64,000 nucleotides of DNA from Gammaproteobacteria bacterium (lineage in GTDB: Bacteria > Pseudomonadota > Gammaproteobacteria > Steroidobacterales > JACDCP01). This document shows, in pieces, positions 23,788-33,562 of this stretch; the first letter of the stretch is position 1, and each line of letters opens with the position of its first letter. The notes beneath the pieces are model-generated. The model saw only the letters and a list, made by a program, of their open reading frames with translations. It did not search any database and was not told where the DNA came from. The DNA lies in assembly GCA_050740235.1 (NCBI GenBank), contig JBOIDB010000094.1:10263-74262 (forward strand). Direction: 5' to 3'. The position numbers and the translations under genes are program-made.

Positions 23788-25497
23788 ATGGCCATGAAAT
23801 TCTTGTTCAGGATCGTTGCGCTGAGTGCCGCGCTGTTCGTATTCGCGGGCGTCTCGGCAGCCGAGCCGGTCACGCCGCCATTCGATCTGATTCTGCGCGA
23901 CGGAACGGTCTATGACGGCTCCGGCGGCGAGGCGTTCGAAGGCGACGTCGCCGTCTCCGGCGGACGCATCATCGCCGTGGGCGATCTATCGCACGCGTCA
24001 GCCAGAAATGAAGTGGACGTCGAGGATCTGGCGGTCGCGCCGGGCTTCATCAACATGTTGTCCTGGGCCACGGAGTCGCTCATCGAAGACGGTCGCGCGC
24101 TGTCGGACGTGAAACAGGGCGTGACGCTGGAAGTGTTCGGCGAAGGCTGGTCGATGGGGCCGCTCAACGCCGCGATGAAGGCGGATACGCTGAAGGAACA
24201 GACCGACATTCGTTACGAGGTTGCCTGGACTACGTTGGGCGAATACCTCGAGCATCTGGAAGTGCGCGGGATTTCGGTCAACGTGGCTTCGTTCGTCGGC
24301 GCGGCGACCGTGCGCATTCACGAGCTCGGCTACGACGACCGTGCGCCTACGGAAGAAGAGTTGGCTCGCATGCAGGACCTGGTGCGCCAGGCGATGGAGG
24401 AGGGCGCACTGGGCGTGGGCAGCTCGCTGATCTACGCGCCGGGATTTTATGCCGACACCGAAGAGCTCGTCGCGCTCGTAGCCGCTGCCGTCCCGTATGG
24501 GGGCGGTTACATCTCGCACATGCGCAGCGAAGGCGATCTGCTGCTCGAAGGGCTCGAAGAGTTGCTCGAAATCGTGCGTGCCACGGGCGCGCACGCCGAG
24601 GTCTATCACCTCAAGGCTGCCGGACGCGACAACTGGCCGAAGATGGCTCAGGCGCTTCGCCGGATCGAGCGAGCGCGCGCGGCGGGACTTTCCATATCGG
24701 CGGATATGTATCCGTATACGGCCGGCGCGACCGGGCTCGACGCGTGCATGGACCCGGCGGTGCAGGAAGGCGATACGGACGCCTGGATCGAACGGCTCAG
24801 GGAGCCGGACGTGCGCGAGGCGGTCGTAAAGGCCATGTTCGAGCCCGCGGATGATTGGGAGAACCTCTGCTTCGCCGCTGGCTCGCCGGACAGGATCGTG
24901 CTGACGGCGTTCAAGCAGGAGAAGCTCAAGCCCCTGACCGGCAAGACGCTCGCCGAGGTCGCGGAAATGCGCGGCACGTCACCCGCCGAAACGGTCGTCG
25001 ACCTGGTGATCGAGGATCACACGCGGGTCGGCACGGTGTTTTTCCTCATGTCCGAAAGCAATGTAGAACTCGGACTGTCGCAGCCCTGGGTCAGCATCGG
25101 TTCGGACGCCGAAGCGGCGGCTCCGTCAGGCGTGTTTCTGAAGAGCAATCCGCATCCGCGCGCCTACGGCAGCTTCGCGCGGTTCTTGGGGAAATACGTG
25201 CGCGAGGAGGAGGTGGTCACTCTGGCCGACGCCATTCACCGCATCACCGCCATGCCCGCGCGGAACTTCGAACTGCGCGGCCGCGGCCTTCTGGCGCCCG
25301 GCTACGCCGCCGACCTGGTCGTATTCGATCCGGCCACGATTGCGGACCATGCGACGTTCGAGAAGCCGCATCAGTTGGCCACCGGCGTGAAGCACGTCTG
25401 GGTCAACGGCGTGCAGGTGCTGAAAGATGGCGAGCATACGGGCGCAACCCCGGGCGAGGTGGTGCGGGGACCGGGATATCGTCCGACGCTAAGGTAA
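23788..25497 (+). CDS. N-acyl-D-amino-acid deacylase (D-aminoacylase) family amidohydrolase, secreted
   Basis: A signal peptide, then DLILRDGTVYDGSG...GDVAVSGGRIIAVGDL and ISHMRSEG, both typical of the family. Confidence 0.8.
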   Translation: MAMKFLFRIVALSAALFVFAGVSAAEPVTPPFDLILRDGTVYDGSGGEAFEGDVAVSGGRIIAVGDLSHASARNEVDVEDLAVAPGFINMLSWATESLIEDGRALSDVKQGVTLEVFGEGWSMGPLNAAMKADTLKEQTDIRYEVAWTTLGEYLEHLEVRGISVNVASFVGAATVRIHELGYDDRAPTEEELARMQDLVRQAMEEGALGVGSSLIYAPGFYADTEELVALVAAAVPYGGGYISHMRSEGDLLLEGLEELLEIVRATGAHAEVYHLKAAGRDNWPKMAQALRRIERARAAGLSISADMYPYTAGATGLDACMDPAVQEGDTDAWIERLREPDVREAVVKAMFEPADDWENLCFAAGSPDRIVLTAFKQEKLKPLTGKTLAEVAEMRGTSPAETVVDLVIEDHTRVGTVFFLMSESNVELGLSQPWVSIGSDAEAAAPSGVFLKSNPHPRAYGSFARFLGKYVREEEVVTLADAIHRITAMPARNFELRGRGLLAPGYAADLVVFDPATIADHATFEKPHQLATGVKHVWVNGVQVLKDGEHTGATPGEVVRGPGYRPTLR

Positions 25498-26667
25498 GTG
25501 CGGCGCGATCGTGCCGGCGTACCACAGATCGAAGGCATGCACGCAGTGCTCGCTGCTGTGGTACGGCCCGGGCACGAAGCCCGCGGATCGAACGCCGAGC
25601 TGCACGCGCTCGCAAAGCGCCCAGTCCTGGCGATTCGTCATGTCCCAGAATTCCACGGCGTCAGACGAATCGAACGTTTCCGCCGCAACCGCCTCTTCCG
25701 TGAACAGCCAGTCGCAGACGATGTGCGTCCGCTCCGCTTCGCGGGGCCAGACCGTGTGCACGAGCACGTAGTCCGCGTGCAGGCTCAGCAGCAGGTTCGG
25801 GTACACGACGAAGTAGTGAACCGTCCTGTGATCCTCGGCGCTCAGGCCCGGGATCGACGGATTCCGGCTCTTGCCGCTCATCGACAGGCTCGTGACGCCT
25901 TCGTTCAAGGTCATCGGGCCGCCGTTGAAGCAGGCGCCGCTCAGGAGCTGGCCGCCGCTGCGCGCGTCGCTCAGGCGGTTCAATTGCGGATGCGCCAGCG
26001 CGCAGTGATAGCACTCGCTGTAGTTCTCGCAGATGAGTTTCCAGTTGGCGGCGACGTCGTATTCTTCGCGGTGGCCGCGCCGCAGCGAGTCGAGGCGAAA
26101 GCGCGAAAGGTCGGGCAGGTCCGCAAGCCATGAGCTCAGCGGCGCCGCCTCGGGATCGAGATTGACGAACACGAAGCCGCCGAAGCTTCCGAGCGGCACC
26201 GTGCGCAGGGAGAACCCGTCTTTCGGGAAATTCTCGTCCAGCCACGGCGCGGAAAGGAAGCGCCCGTCGAGCTCGTAGGTCCAGGCGTGGTAGGGGCAGA
26301 TGATGCGCCTCAGGCCGCGGCCGCAGTCGGCATCGATTAGCCGCGAGCCGCGATGCCGGCAGACGTTGAAGAATGCGCGCAGGCGATTTTCACGGTCGCG
26401 CAGCACGAGAATGCGCTCGCTGCCAATTTCTCGGGTCAGGAACGCGCCGGGCTCCGGCAGGTCTTCCTCGCGCCCGATGCACAGCCAGAATCTGGCGAAC
26501 AGCGCCGAGCTTTCGAGCTCGCGCACTTCCGGAGAGGTGTAAAAAGGAGCGGGCAGGGCGCGCGCTGCTTCGCGTTCCCGGCGCGTCGCCGCCAGGCTGT
26601 CGGCGGAGGGCAACCGGCTGTGCATATCGGAGCGCAGCGCCTGCGAATGCTCGTGCGCGAGGGACAT
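25489..26667 (-). CDS. Rieske [2Fe-2S] aromatic-ring-hydroxylating oxygenase alpha subunit
   Basis: CRHRGSRL...CPYHAWTY Rieske motif. I chose the start at MSLAHEH (26667). The 3' end overlaps the convergent D-aminoacylase gene by 9 nt. Confidence 0.8.
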   Translation of the reverse strand: MSLAHEHSQALRSDMHSRLPSADSLAATRREREAARALPAPFYTSPEVRELESSALFARFWLCIGREEDLPEPGAFLTREIGSERILVLRDRENRLRAFFNVCRHRGSRLIDADCGRGLRRIICPYHAWTYELDGRFLSAPWLDENFPKDGFSLRTVPLGSFGGFVFVNLDPEAAPLSSWLADLPDLSRFRLDSLRRGHREEYDVAANWKLICENYSECYHCALAHPQLNRLSDARSGGQLLSGACFNGGPMTLNEGVTSLSMSGKSRNPSIPGLSAEDHRTVHYFVVYPNLLLSLHADYVLVHTVWPREAERTHIVCDWLFTEEAVAAETFDSSDAVEFWDMTNRQDWALCERVQLGVRSAGFVPGPYHSSEHCVHAFDLWYAGTIAPHLP

Positions 26668-26747
26668 CAAATTGCCTGTACAAGGCTGCGTGCCATGGCG
26701 ACAATTGTACGACACGTGACCTCCGCAAGCCCCGGCGGACGTGGTCG

Positions 26748-26760
26748 AATTCGAAAGCAA
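26748..26760 (+). promoter_or_regulatory. Candidate Ada box (AAT-N6-GCAA) upstream of ada
   Basis: AATtcgaaaGCAA is an exact match to the E. coli Ada-regulon consensus AAT-N6-GCAA. It lies 84 nt upstream of the ada ATG, in the divergent region shared with the Rieske gene. Confidence 0.4.
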
Positions 26761-26843
26761 GAGCCGGGATGCGGGCATCCCCCCCGGAATGTCACCTTGT
26801 AGCCCATGTTGATACCGGGCTTGCGACGAGAAGGAGACATTCC

Positions 26844-27926
26844 ATGAATCAGGCAGTCCATCTGGCAATGATCGAGCACGCTTACGAGACGGACGAGGGC
26901 CGCTGGGAAGCGGTAGAGCGGCGCGATGCGGGAGCCGAGGGGTACTTTGTCTATGCCGTACGCTCGACCGGCGTGTATTGCCACCCGGGATGCGCCGCGC
27001 GGCGGCCGCGTCGCGAGAACGTCTCGTTTTACGCCACGCCGGTCGATGCCGAAGCTGCGGGGTTCCGTGCCTGCAAGCGATGCCGGCCCGGCGGGCGAGC
27101 GCGCCAGGACGTGCATGCGGAAGCGATCGCCCGTGCCTGCCGGGCGATCGATGAAGCCGATGTGCCGCCGTCGCTCGATGAGCTCGCTGAAATTGCCGGC
27201 ATGAGCCGCTTTCACTTCCACCGGGTGTTCAAGGACATCGTCGGCGTCACGCCGAAAGCCTACGCGACCGCGCGGCGTCGCATCCGCATTCAGGGCGAGC
27301 TGCGCGAAGCGCCGAGTGTCACCGCTGCGATTTATGAAGCAGGGTATGGCGCGAGCAGCCGCTTCTACGAGAACGCTGGGACGAACCTCGGCATGTCACC
27401 GAGCGCGTTCCGCAAAGGCGGTCTGGACAGCGTGATCCGATTCGCCGTCGGCGAGTGCTCGCTGGGCTCGATCCTCGTCGCGGCTACCGGCCGCGGCGTT
27501 TGCGCCATCCAGTTCGGCGACGACCCGCAAGCCCTGGTCGAGGGCTTGCAGCGGCGCTTCCCGCATGCCGAGCTCATCGGCGCCGACAGCAAGTTCGAGA
27601 AGCTCGTGGCCACGGTGGTTGGCTTCGTCGAAAATCCGCGCGCCGGGCTGGACCTGCCTCTCGACATCGCCGGCACGGCATTTCAGCAGCGCGTCTGGCA
27701 GGCCTTGCGCAAGATTCCGTCCGGCCGCACGTCGAGCTATGCGGACATTGCCGCTGCGATCGGCGCCCCCAGATCGGTGCGCGCGGTCGCCAATGCCTGT
27801 GCAGTGAATCCCGTTGCCGTCGCTATCCCCTGCCACCGCGTCGTGCGCGCCGATGGCGGCATGGGCGGCTATCGCTGGGGAGTCGAACGCAAGCGCGCGC
27901 TGCTCGAACGCGAATCGAGAGCGTAG
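26844..27926 (+). CDS. ada: Bifunctional Ada (Zn methylphosphotriester acceptor + AraC HTH + O6-methylguanine methyltransferase)
   Basis: YCHPGCAARRP...GFRACKRCRP, an AraC HTH, and C-terminal IPCHRVVRADG. AAGGAG lies 7 nt upstream of ATG 26844. Confidence 0.9.
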   Translation: MNQAVHLAMIEHAYETDEGRWEAVERRDAGAEGYFVYAVRSTGVYCHPGCAARRPRRENVSFYATPVDAEAAGFRACKRCRPGGRARQDVHAEAIARACRAIDEADVPPSLDELAEIAGMSRFHFHRVFKDIVGVTPKAYATARRRIRIQGELREAPSVTAAIYEAGYGASSRFYENAGTNLGMSPSAFRKGGLDSVIRFAVGECSLGSILVAATGRGVCAIQFGDDPQALVEGLQRRFPHAELIGADSKFEKLVATVVGFVENPRAGLDLPLDIAGTAFQQRVWQALRKIPSGRTSSYADIAAAIGAPRSVRAVANACAVNPVAVAIPCHRVVRADGGMGGYRWGVERKRALLERESRA

Positions 27927-27966
27927 CTACGGATCGGCAGCGAGTCCCCACGGGCGCGCGTCTCCG

Positions 27967-28344
27967 TTACTTTTTGTCGAACAACGCGTCGAGTTGCGCG
28001 CGGGCGTCGTCCGCATCCGCCGGCGCGGCGTCCGCGCCCTTCACGCCGAACAATGACTCCAGCTCGGTCCGTGCCCGCGACGTCGCATCGGCGTCAGGTG
28101 GCCGGTAAGCATCGGGCCGGGGCTCGAAGTAGCCGCAGAAATTGGCGCGCTCCTTGTCGTGGACTTCGTCGGCGACAGGCTCGCGGCAACTCTTCGCGAC
28201 GCGCAGATCGAAGTAGGTGCACATTCGGCAGACATGTAACTCCGCGCTGCAGTCCGGACACTCATCCAGCCGGCGCAGCGGCAAGCTCAACGGCGCGAGC
28301 GACGTCCCGCACTTCCAGCAGACCAGAACCGACGAAGCGGCCAT
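27967..28344 (-). CDS. Small Cys-rich zinc-ribbon-like protein of unknown function
   Basis: CWKCG...CPDC...CRMC...C...C pattern. GGAGGA lies upstream of the ATG at 28344. The acidic C-terminal tail is Ala/Asp-rich. Confidence 0.5.
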   Translation of the reverse strand: MAASSVLVCWKCGTSLAPLSLPLRRLDECPDCSAELHVCRMCTYFDLRVAKSCREPVADEVHDKERANFCGYFEPRPDAYRPPDADATSRARTELESLFGVKGADAAPADADDARAQLDALFDKK

Positions 28345-28572
28345 GGGCGGTTCCTCCGTCGACAAGCATAGCGCAGCAGCGCGCCGCAGTGCGGCACCCA
28401 TACCCGCGCAGCCACGACGCACGCCATGGGCAGCGGTGTCGATGCCGGCGCAGCTCGTTCGACTATTCGATGACGGCGGCTGAGGACCGTAGTTATGGGC
28501 AACGCACAAAGCCTGACCGGCGGCCCTGCTCTCGCTCCTCGAGCCCGATGAATACCCGCAGGAGGAAGTATC

Positions 28573-29298
28573 ATGAGCATCGCTTACCCGGGAGAATCGG
28601 CGGAGTACCGCGCAGCGCGCAACCGGCTGCTCGAGCAGGAGATCGACCTGCGCCGGCAGATGGAGGCAGTAGCCGCCGCCCGGCGCAAGCTTCCGCCAGG
28701 CGGCGAGGTACCGGAGGACTACATCTTCCAGGCCCGGGGCGCCGACGGCAGACTCACCGTCGTCAGAATGTCAGAGCTGTTCGCGCCCGGAAAGGACACG
28801 CTGGCGATCTACACGTTCATGTTTCCGCGTTATCCGGACGACGACCGGCCGGGGCCGACGTCCAGAGAGCTGAGAGACTTGCCGCTCGGGAAGGCGCCAT
28901 GCCCGTCCTGTACGGCCTTCCTGGATCAACTCGACGCTGCGATGAAGCATGCCGGCGAGCACCTCAATCTCGTCGCCGCAGCCGAAGCGCCAGTGGATCA
29001 AGTGACCGCCTTCAGCCACGAGCGCGGCTGGCGAACCCTGCGGCTGGTGTCGACGGCCGGCAACACCTACAAGAAGGACTACAACGCCGACTACGAAGGT
29101 CACGGGATGCCGATGCTGAACGTGTTTCATAGACATGGACGGACGATCCGCCACTTCTGGGGAACGGAGCTGTTCTGGGCGGAACGGGAGCCCGGACAGG
29201 ACCCCCGGCACGTCGGCACTCTCGAGCCCCTCTGGAATCTGCTCGACCTCACTCCCGAAGGACGCCCGGCCGACTGGCACGAACAGCTGTGCTACTGA
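28573..29298 (+). CDS. DUF899 thioredoxin-like protein
   Basis: The N-terminus YPGESAEYRAARNRLLEQEIDLRRQMEAVAAARRKLP is typical of DUF899. Confidence 0.7.
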   Translation: MSIAYPGESAEYRAARNRLLEQEIDLRRQMEAVAAARRKLPPGGEVPEDYIFQARGADGRLTVVRMSELFAPGKDTLAIYTFMFPRYPDDDRPGPTSRELRDLPLGKAPCPSCTAFLDQLDAAMKHAGEHLNLVAAAEAPVDQVTAFSHERGWRTLRLVSTAGNTYKKDYNADYEGHGMPMLNVFHRHGRTIRHFWGTELFWAEREPGQDPRHVGTLEPLWNLLDLTPEGRPADWHEQLCY

Positions 29299-29443
29299 AA
29301 CGCAAGCTGCGCGGCTCTTGCGAATGCAAAGATCCGAAGTCGTTCGAGACGTCAGGCAGCGATCGCCGAAGGCTCGCTCAGGGAGAAGGAACACCGGCGA
29401 CGAGACTGACACCCAGAGGTGGGGACTCCGGAGATCTCGGTCG

Positions 29444-29824
29444 TTAAAGCACTTGCTCCAATAGATCAACAAGCGACTTCCGCGGAATCCCCTTCGTCGT
29501 AAACACTTTAACGTGACGAACATGCTTCCCGCTGCCAACGAGCAATGCTTCAGGGTCCCTCAGCTTTGACCCGGCGTAGAAGCCAAACTGGACGTGGTCT
29601 GGTTCGGTATGAATGTAGACTTTCGGTGCGCCGTTTAGTGTCCAGCAGCCCTGTCCCCATTTCACGGCCGGGGCAAATTCGGGAGCAGTCTTCTTGACGA
29701 GTCGGGAGAGTGCGTTGATAAGTCTCTGGTTCTCCGATGACTGGTCATGCTTCCACGCAGCAAATGAGGGATAGGCCTTCATCTTCTGCGGCTTCACACC
29801 TGTTGTGCTGTTAGTCTTCGCCAT
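29444..29824 (-). CDS. DUF1801 (YdhG-like) domain protein
   Basis: VKWGQGCWTLNGAPKVYIHTEPDHVQFGFY pattern. The local composition is visibly AT-richer than the flanks. Confidence 0.6.
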   Translation of the reverse strand: MAKTNSTTGVKPQKMKAYPSFAAWKHDQSSENQRLINALSRLVKKTAPEFAPAVKWGQGCWTLNGAPKVYIHTEPDHVQFGFYAGSKLRDPEALLVGSGKHVRHVKVFTTKGIPRKSLVDLLEQVL

Positions 29825-30067
29825 ACGAATGCCCCTGCCTGGCGCTGCAACCCTGTGGTTTCTTCTCCAGATCGCGCAACTGTTGTGCGGCAACGTTACA
29901 TTCCTCTGCCGACTGTGGCCGAAAGGTTGGGTTCGCTCAGCGGCGCGTTTCCGACGACGCCAAAGAAAACTCGCCGGTGACTTCTGACACCGCTCGAGTA
30001 CCCGATCGCTCGAGAACCGCTATGTCAGCGCCAATGTCCGCAACGGTTGAATATCGTCCGAGCCACA

Positions 30068-30481
30068 TCAATCGGGCTCTTCGCTGAACTGCCGGGCATC
30101 GGCCGGAATGCTCATGCCCGGCAGCTTGCGCGAAACCCAGATATGGATGGCGCTCGACGCGTCGACAGGCTCATCCAGCGATCCGGCTTTGATCGTGATC
30201 GTTTCAGAAGGACCCTCGGGCTCGTGCCAAAGCCGTGAACCGCAATTCGGGCAGAATGCGCAGGCGAGCCTTCCGCCGCTGTCAGTATCGCGTGTCCAGA
30301 ACTTCGGTATGCCGCGCGTGACGCGAAGGCCCGCGCGCGGGACTTCCAATGACATGCCGAACGCCGAAGCAGATTGCTTCCGGCATTCGCGACAATGGCA
30401 GACGTAAAGCGCCAGCGGTTCGCCGACGCTTTCATATCTGACCCTGCCGCATTGGCATCCGCCCAGCCGCATAATCGTCAC
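30068..30481 (-). CDS. GFA (glutathione-dependent formaldehyde-activating / CENP-V) family protein
   Basis: GGCQCGRVRY...CHCRECRKQSAS...FCPNCGS Zn-binding Cys pattern. Confidence 0.8.
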   Translation of the reverse strand: MTIMRLGGCQCGRVRYESVGEPLALYVCHCRECRKQSASAFGMSLEVPRAGLRVTRGIPKFWTRDTDSGGRLACAFCPNCGSRLWHEPEGPSETITIKAGSLDEPVDASSAIHIWVSRKLPGMSIPADARQFSEEPD

Positions 30482-30800
30482 GTTCCCGCTTCAGACGAAT
30501 CGTATCCGTGCGCGACGTGTCTTCTCCATTGCGCGTGCTCAAGTCCGGCCGACCGGCTGGCGCTTACGAGATCGGCGTGGTCCTGTCCGGTCGTGCCCAC
30601 GGCTTCACGGACGGCGGCCCCGAATCGCCGGCTTGATATGGATATCGTCGTCGCGATCCGGATAGTATGCGGGAATCTTCGCGCCGGAGTAACAGGATGA
30701 CGCTCTACGCAATCTCGAGTGAAGGGATGCTGAGTATCATTCGTTTCCGCTGGAGAATCCGGCGCGACCAAAGCGAACCCCGGCATCAGCGGCTGACGCG

Positions 30801-32393
30801 ATGATCGCCGTCGGACGGGCGCCGTGCGACGAAGGCGCGATCCGCGCCGGCCCGGACACCACTGGCTGCGCCGCCCGCGCGAGACCGTGGGTGCTGGTCG
30901 CAACGATTCTCGGCTCGAGCATGGCATTCATCGACGGCTCGGTCGTGATGGTCGCGCTGCCTGCAATCCAGGCCGATCTGTCGACGTCGGTGCGCGGCGC
31001 GCAGTGGATCGTCAACGGCTACATGCTGATGCTGGGCGCGCTCATTCTGGCCGGCGGCGCAATCGGCGACCGCTTCGGCCGGCGTCGTGTCTTCGCCATC
31101 GGCATCGTCGTGTTCACGGCCGCCTCGATGGCCTGCGGTCTGGCGCCCGACACCGCCATGCTGGTGGCCGCCCGCGTCGCACAGGGCATCGGCGGCGCGC
31201 TCCTGGTGCCAAGCAGTCTCGCTATCATCAGCGCGGCGTTTCCGGAATCGGAACGCGGCCGGGCGATCGGCACCTGGGCCGGCTTCTCGGCACTGACGAC
31301 GGCCTTCGGCCCGGTGCTCGGCGGATGGCTGGTCGACGCCATGTCCTGGCGAGCGATCTTCTTCATCAATCTGCCGATCGGGCTCGTGACGCTCGGGCTC
31401 GTGCTCTGGCGCGTGCCGGAGAGCCGCAACGATGACGATAGTTCAGGCGTCGACTGGCGAGGCGCGCTGCTGGCGACCATCGGTCTCGGCGCCATCGCCT
31501 ACGGTCTGACCGCCGCGTCCGACCAGAATTGGACGCATCCGACAGTTCTCGGCTCGATGCTCGCGGGTACGCTCGTGCTGGTCGCGTTCGTCTGGTCGGA
31601 AGAGCGCGCCGCCTCGCCGATGATGCCGCTCGGCCTGTTCCGCTCGCCGACTTTCAGCGGCGCCAACGTCATTACTTTGCTGCTTTATTTCGCCCTGAGC
31701 GGCGCGCTGTTCTTCCTGCCGTTCAATCTCATCCAGGTGCAGGGCTATTCCGCGACGCTGGCCGGCGCCGCCTTCCTGCCTTTCACGCTGATCATGGGCG
31801 GCCTGTCGCGCTGGTCCGGCGGGCTGCTCGATCGTTACGGCGCGCGCGGTCCGCTTACCGTCGGCCCGATCATCGTCGCGGCCGGATTCGCGCTGCTCGC
31901 CGTGCCGGGGATCGGCGGCTCGTACTGGACGACTTTCTTTCCCGCGATGATCGTGCTCGGTTTCGGGATGGCGATCAGTGTGGCGCCGCTGACGACGACC
32001 GTTATGGGATCGGTCGAGGACCGCCACGCCGGCGTGGCCTCCGGGATCAACAATGCGACAGCGCGCGTGGCCGGACTGCTGGCGGTTGCCATGCTGGGCG
32101 CCGTGGCTGTCGGTGTATTCGGCAACGCGCTCGACGATCGTCTGGCCGACTTGCAGGTCTCGAGCGAGATCCGCCATGCCATGAGCGAGGAGGTGCCGCG
32201 GCTAGCAGAGGCCGAAGTTCCGCCTCAGGCCGACCGCGCGCAGCGGGAGTTGCTGGCGCGCGCGCTCGACGAGTCGTTCGTGTCGAGCTTTCGCGTGGTG
32301 ATGCTGGCGGCAGCCGTCCTCGCTCTATTGAGCGCGCTGTCCGCGCGCCTGACGATCGCTCCGATGCGCGACCCAGCCCGCGGACCGGGATAA
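30801..32393 (+). CDS. MFS transporter, DHA2 (EmrB/QacA, 14-TMS) type
   Basis: ILGSSMAFIDGSVVMVALPAIQ, GDRFGRRRVF and many TM segments. The exact start is uncertain. Confidence 0.85.
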   Translation: MIAVGRAPCDEGAIRAGPDTTGCAARARPWVLVATILGSSMAFIDGSVVMVALPAIQADLSTSVRGAQWIVNGYMLMLGALILAGGAIGDRFGRRRVFAIGIVVFTAASMACGLAPDTAMLVAARVAQGIGGALLVPSSLAIISAAFPESERGRAIGTWAGFSALTTAFGPVLGGWLVDAMSWRAIFFINLPIGLVTLGLVLWRVPESRNDDDSSGVDWRGALLATIGLGAIAYGLTAASDQNWTHPTVLGSMLAGTLVLVAFVWSEERAASPMMPLGLFRSPTFSGANVITLLLYFALSGALFFLPFNLIQVQGYSATLAGAAFLPFTLIMGGLSRWSGGLLDRYGARGPLTVGPIIVAAGFALLAVPGIGGSYWTTFFPAMIVLGFGMAISVAPLTTTVMGSVEDRHAGVASGINNATARVAGLLAVAMLGAVAVGVFGNALDDRLADLQVSSEIRHAMSEEVPRLAEAEVPPQADRAQRELLARALDESFVSSFRVVMLAAAVLALLSALSARLTIAPMRDPARGPG

Positions 32394-32466
32394 CCGCGGC
32401 GGTTCCGGCGCAACGCCGGCAACGCTGCGCCCCCGGATCGGAATCCGGAGCAGTGCTTATGCCGGC

Positions 32467-33423
32467 CTACAGCTCCAGCTCCCAGGTTTCCCCTGTGAGG
32501 CCGTGACCGAAGAGTTGATGCGGTTCCGCGTGCACGAGGCGGTAGCCTTCCTGCTCGTAGATTTTTCGCGCGGCGTGGAGCACGTCGTTCGTCCAGAGCG
32601 TGATCGTCTGGTAGCCAACCTGCCGCGCGAACCGGGTGCACTCCTGCACGAGGCGCTTGCCGATCCCCAGGCCGCGCGCTTTCGGCTCGACGAGCAGCAG
32701 GCGCAATTTGGCGACGCCCTCGCGTTCCGGATCCCGGACCAGAAAAACCGAGCCGACGTTCTCGCCGTCTTTCTCGGCGATCCAGCAGCGCTCCCGCTTC
32801 GGAACGAAGTTCAGGATGAATTTGGCGACGATCTCGGCGACCAGGGCCTCGAAGACTTCGTCGAAGCCGTACTCTCGGTTGTATAGCAGCCCGTGGCGCT
32901 GCACCACCCATCCCATGTCGCCGCTCTGGTGCGGCCGAAGAATGTAGGGCACTCCTTGTTCCGTCGGGGCGCCGAGCACCGTCTCGATGGTATGCATCGC
33001 ATGAACCAGCCGATCCTGTTCCACGTCCGGCAAACGGTCCAGCATCGCCTGGATCTCGCCGCTCGAGGCGGCATTGAGCCTTGCGAAGGCGGCCTGGCCT
33101 TTTTCCGTCAACGCCAGCAGATACTGTCGGCGATCGTTCGGGGAGGGTTTTCTATTGAGCAGGCCGCGCTTATGAAGATTGCGCAGGATGCGGCTCAGGT
33201 AGCCCGCGTCCAGCCCCAGCTCCTCGCCGATCCGGGTGGCGGTGCTCTGCTCGCCATGGGCCAGCTCGTATATGACGCGAGCGTGCGTCAACGTGAACGC
33301 CGATTTCAGGACCCCGTCCTGCAGAAGGCCGATCTGCCGGGTATAAAACCTGTTGAAGCGGCGGACCGCTTCAGGCCGCTGCAGGGAATCGACATTTGCC
33401 ATCAGTCGAGCACGCGAAGACAT
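32467..33423 (-). CDS. MarR-type HTH regulator fused to a GNAT N-acetyltransferase
   Basis: The N-terminal MarR winged helix is YLSRILRNLHKRGLLNRKPSPNDRRQ. The C-terminal GNAT motif is VEPKARGLGIGKRLV. Confidence 0.85.
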   Translation of the reverse strand: MSSRARLMANVDSLQRPEAVRRFNRFYTRQIGLLQDGVLKSAFTLTHARVIYELAHGEQSTATRIGEELGLDAGYLSRILRNLHKRGLLNRKPSPNDRRQYLLALTEKGQAAFARLNAASSGEIQAMLDRLPDVEQDRLVHAMHTIETVLGAPTEQGVPYILRPHQSGDMGWVVQRHGLLYNREYGFDEVFEALVAEIVAKFILNFVPKRERCWIAEKDGENVGSVFLVRDPEREGVAKLRLLLVEPKARGLGIGKRLVQECTRFARQVGYQTITLWTNDVLHAARKIYEQEGYRLVHAEPHQLFGHGLTGETWELEL

Positions 33424-33562
33424 AGCCGGGTATTATTTGCCACATTACAGGTATTAGTTGACTACGGCAAGTATTATTCCAAAACCCCTCAGGGCTGCCG
33501 GGCACGAGTATTGCAGCCGCGGCTCCAACCCCGCCTGCGAACCGATCGGAAGGGAGGCTTTT

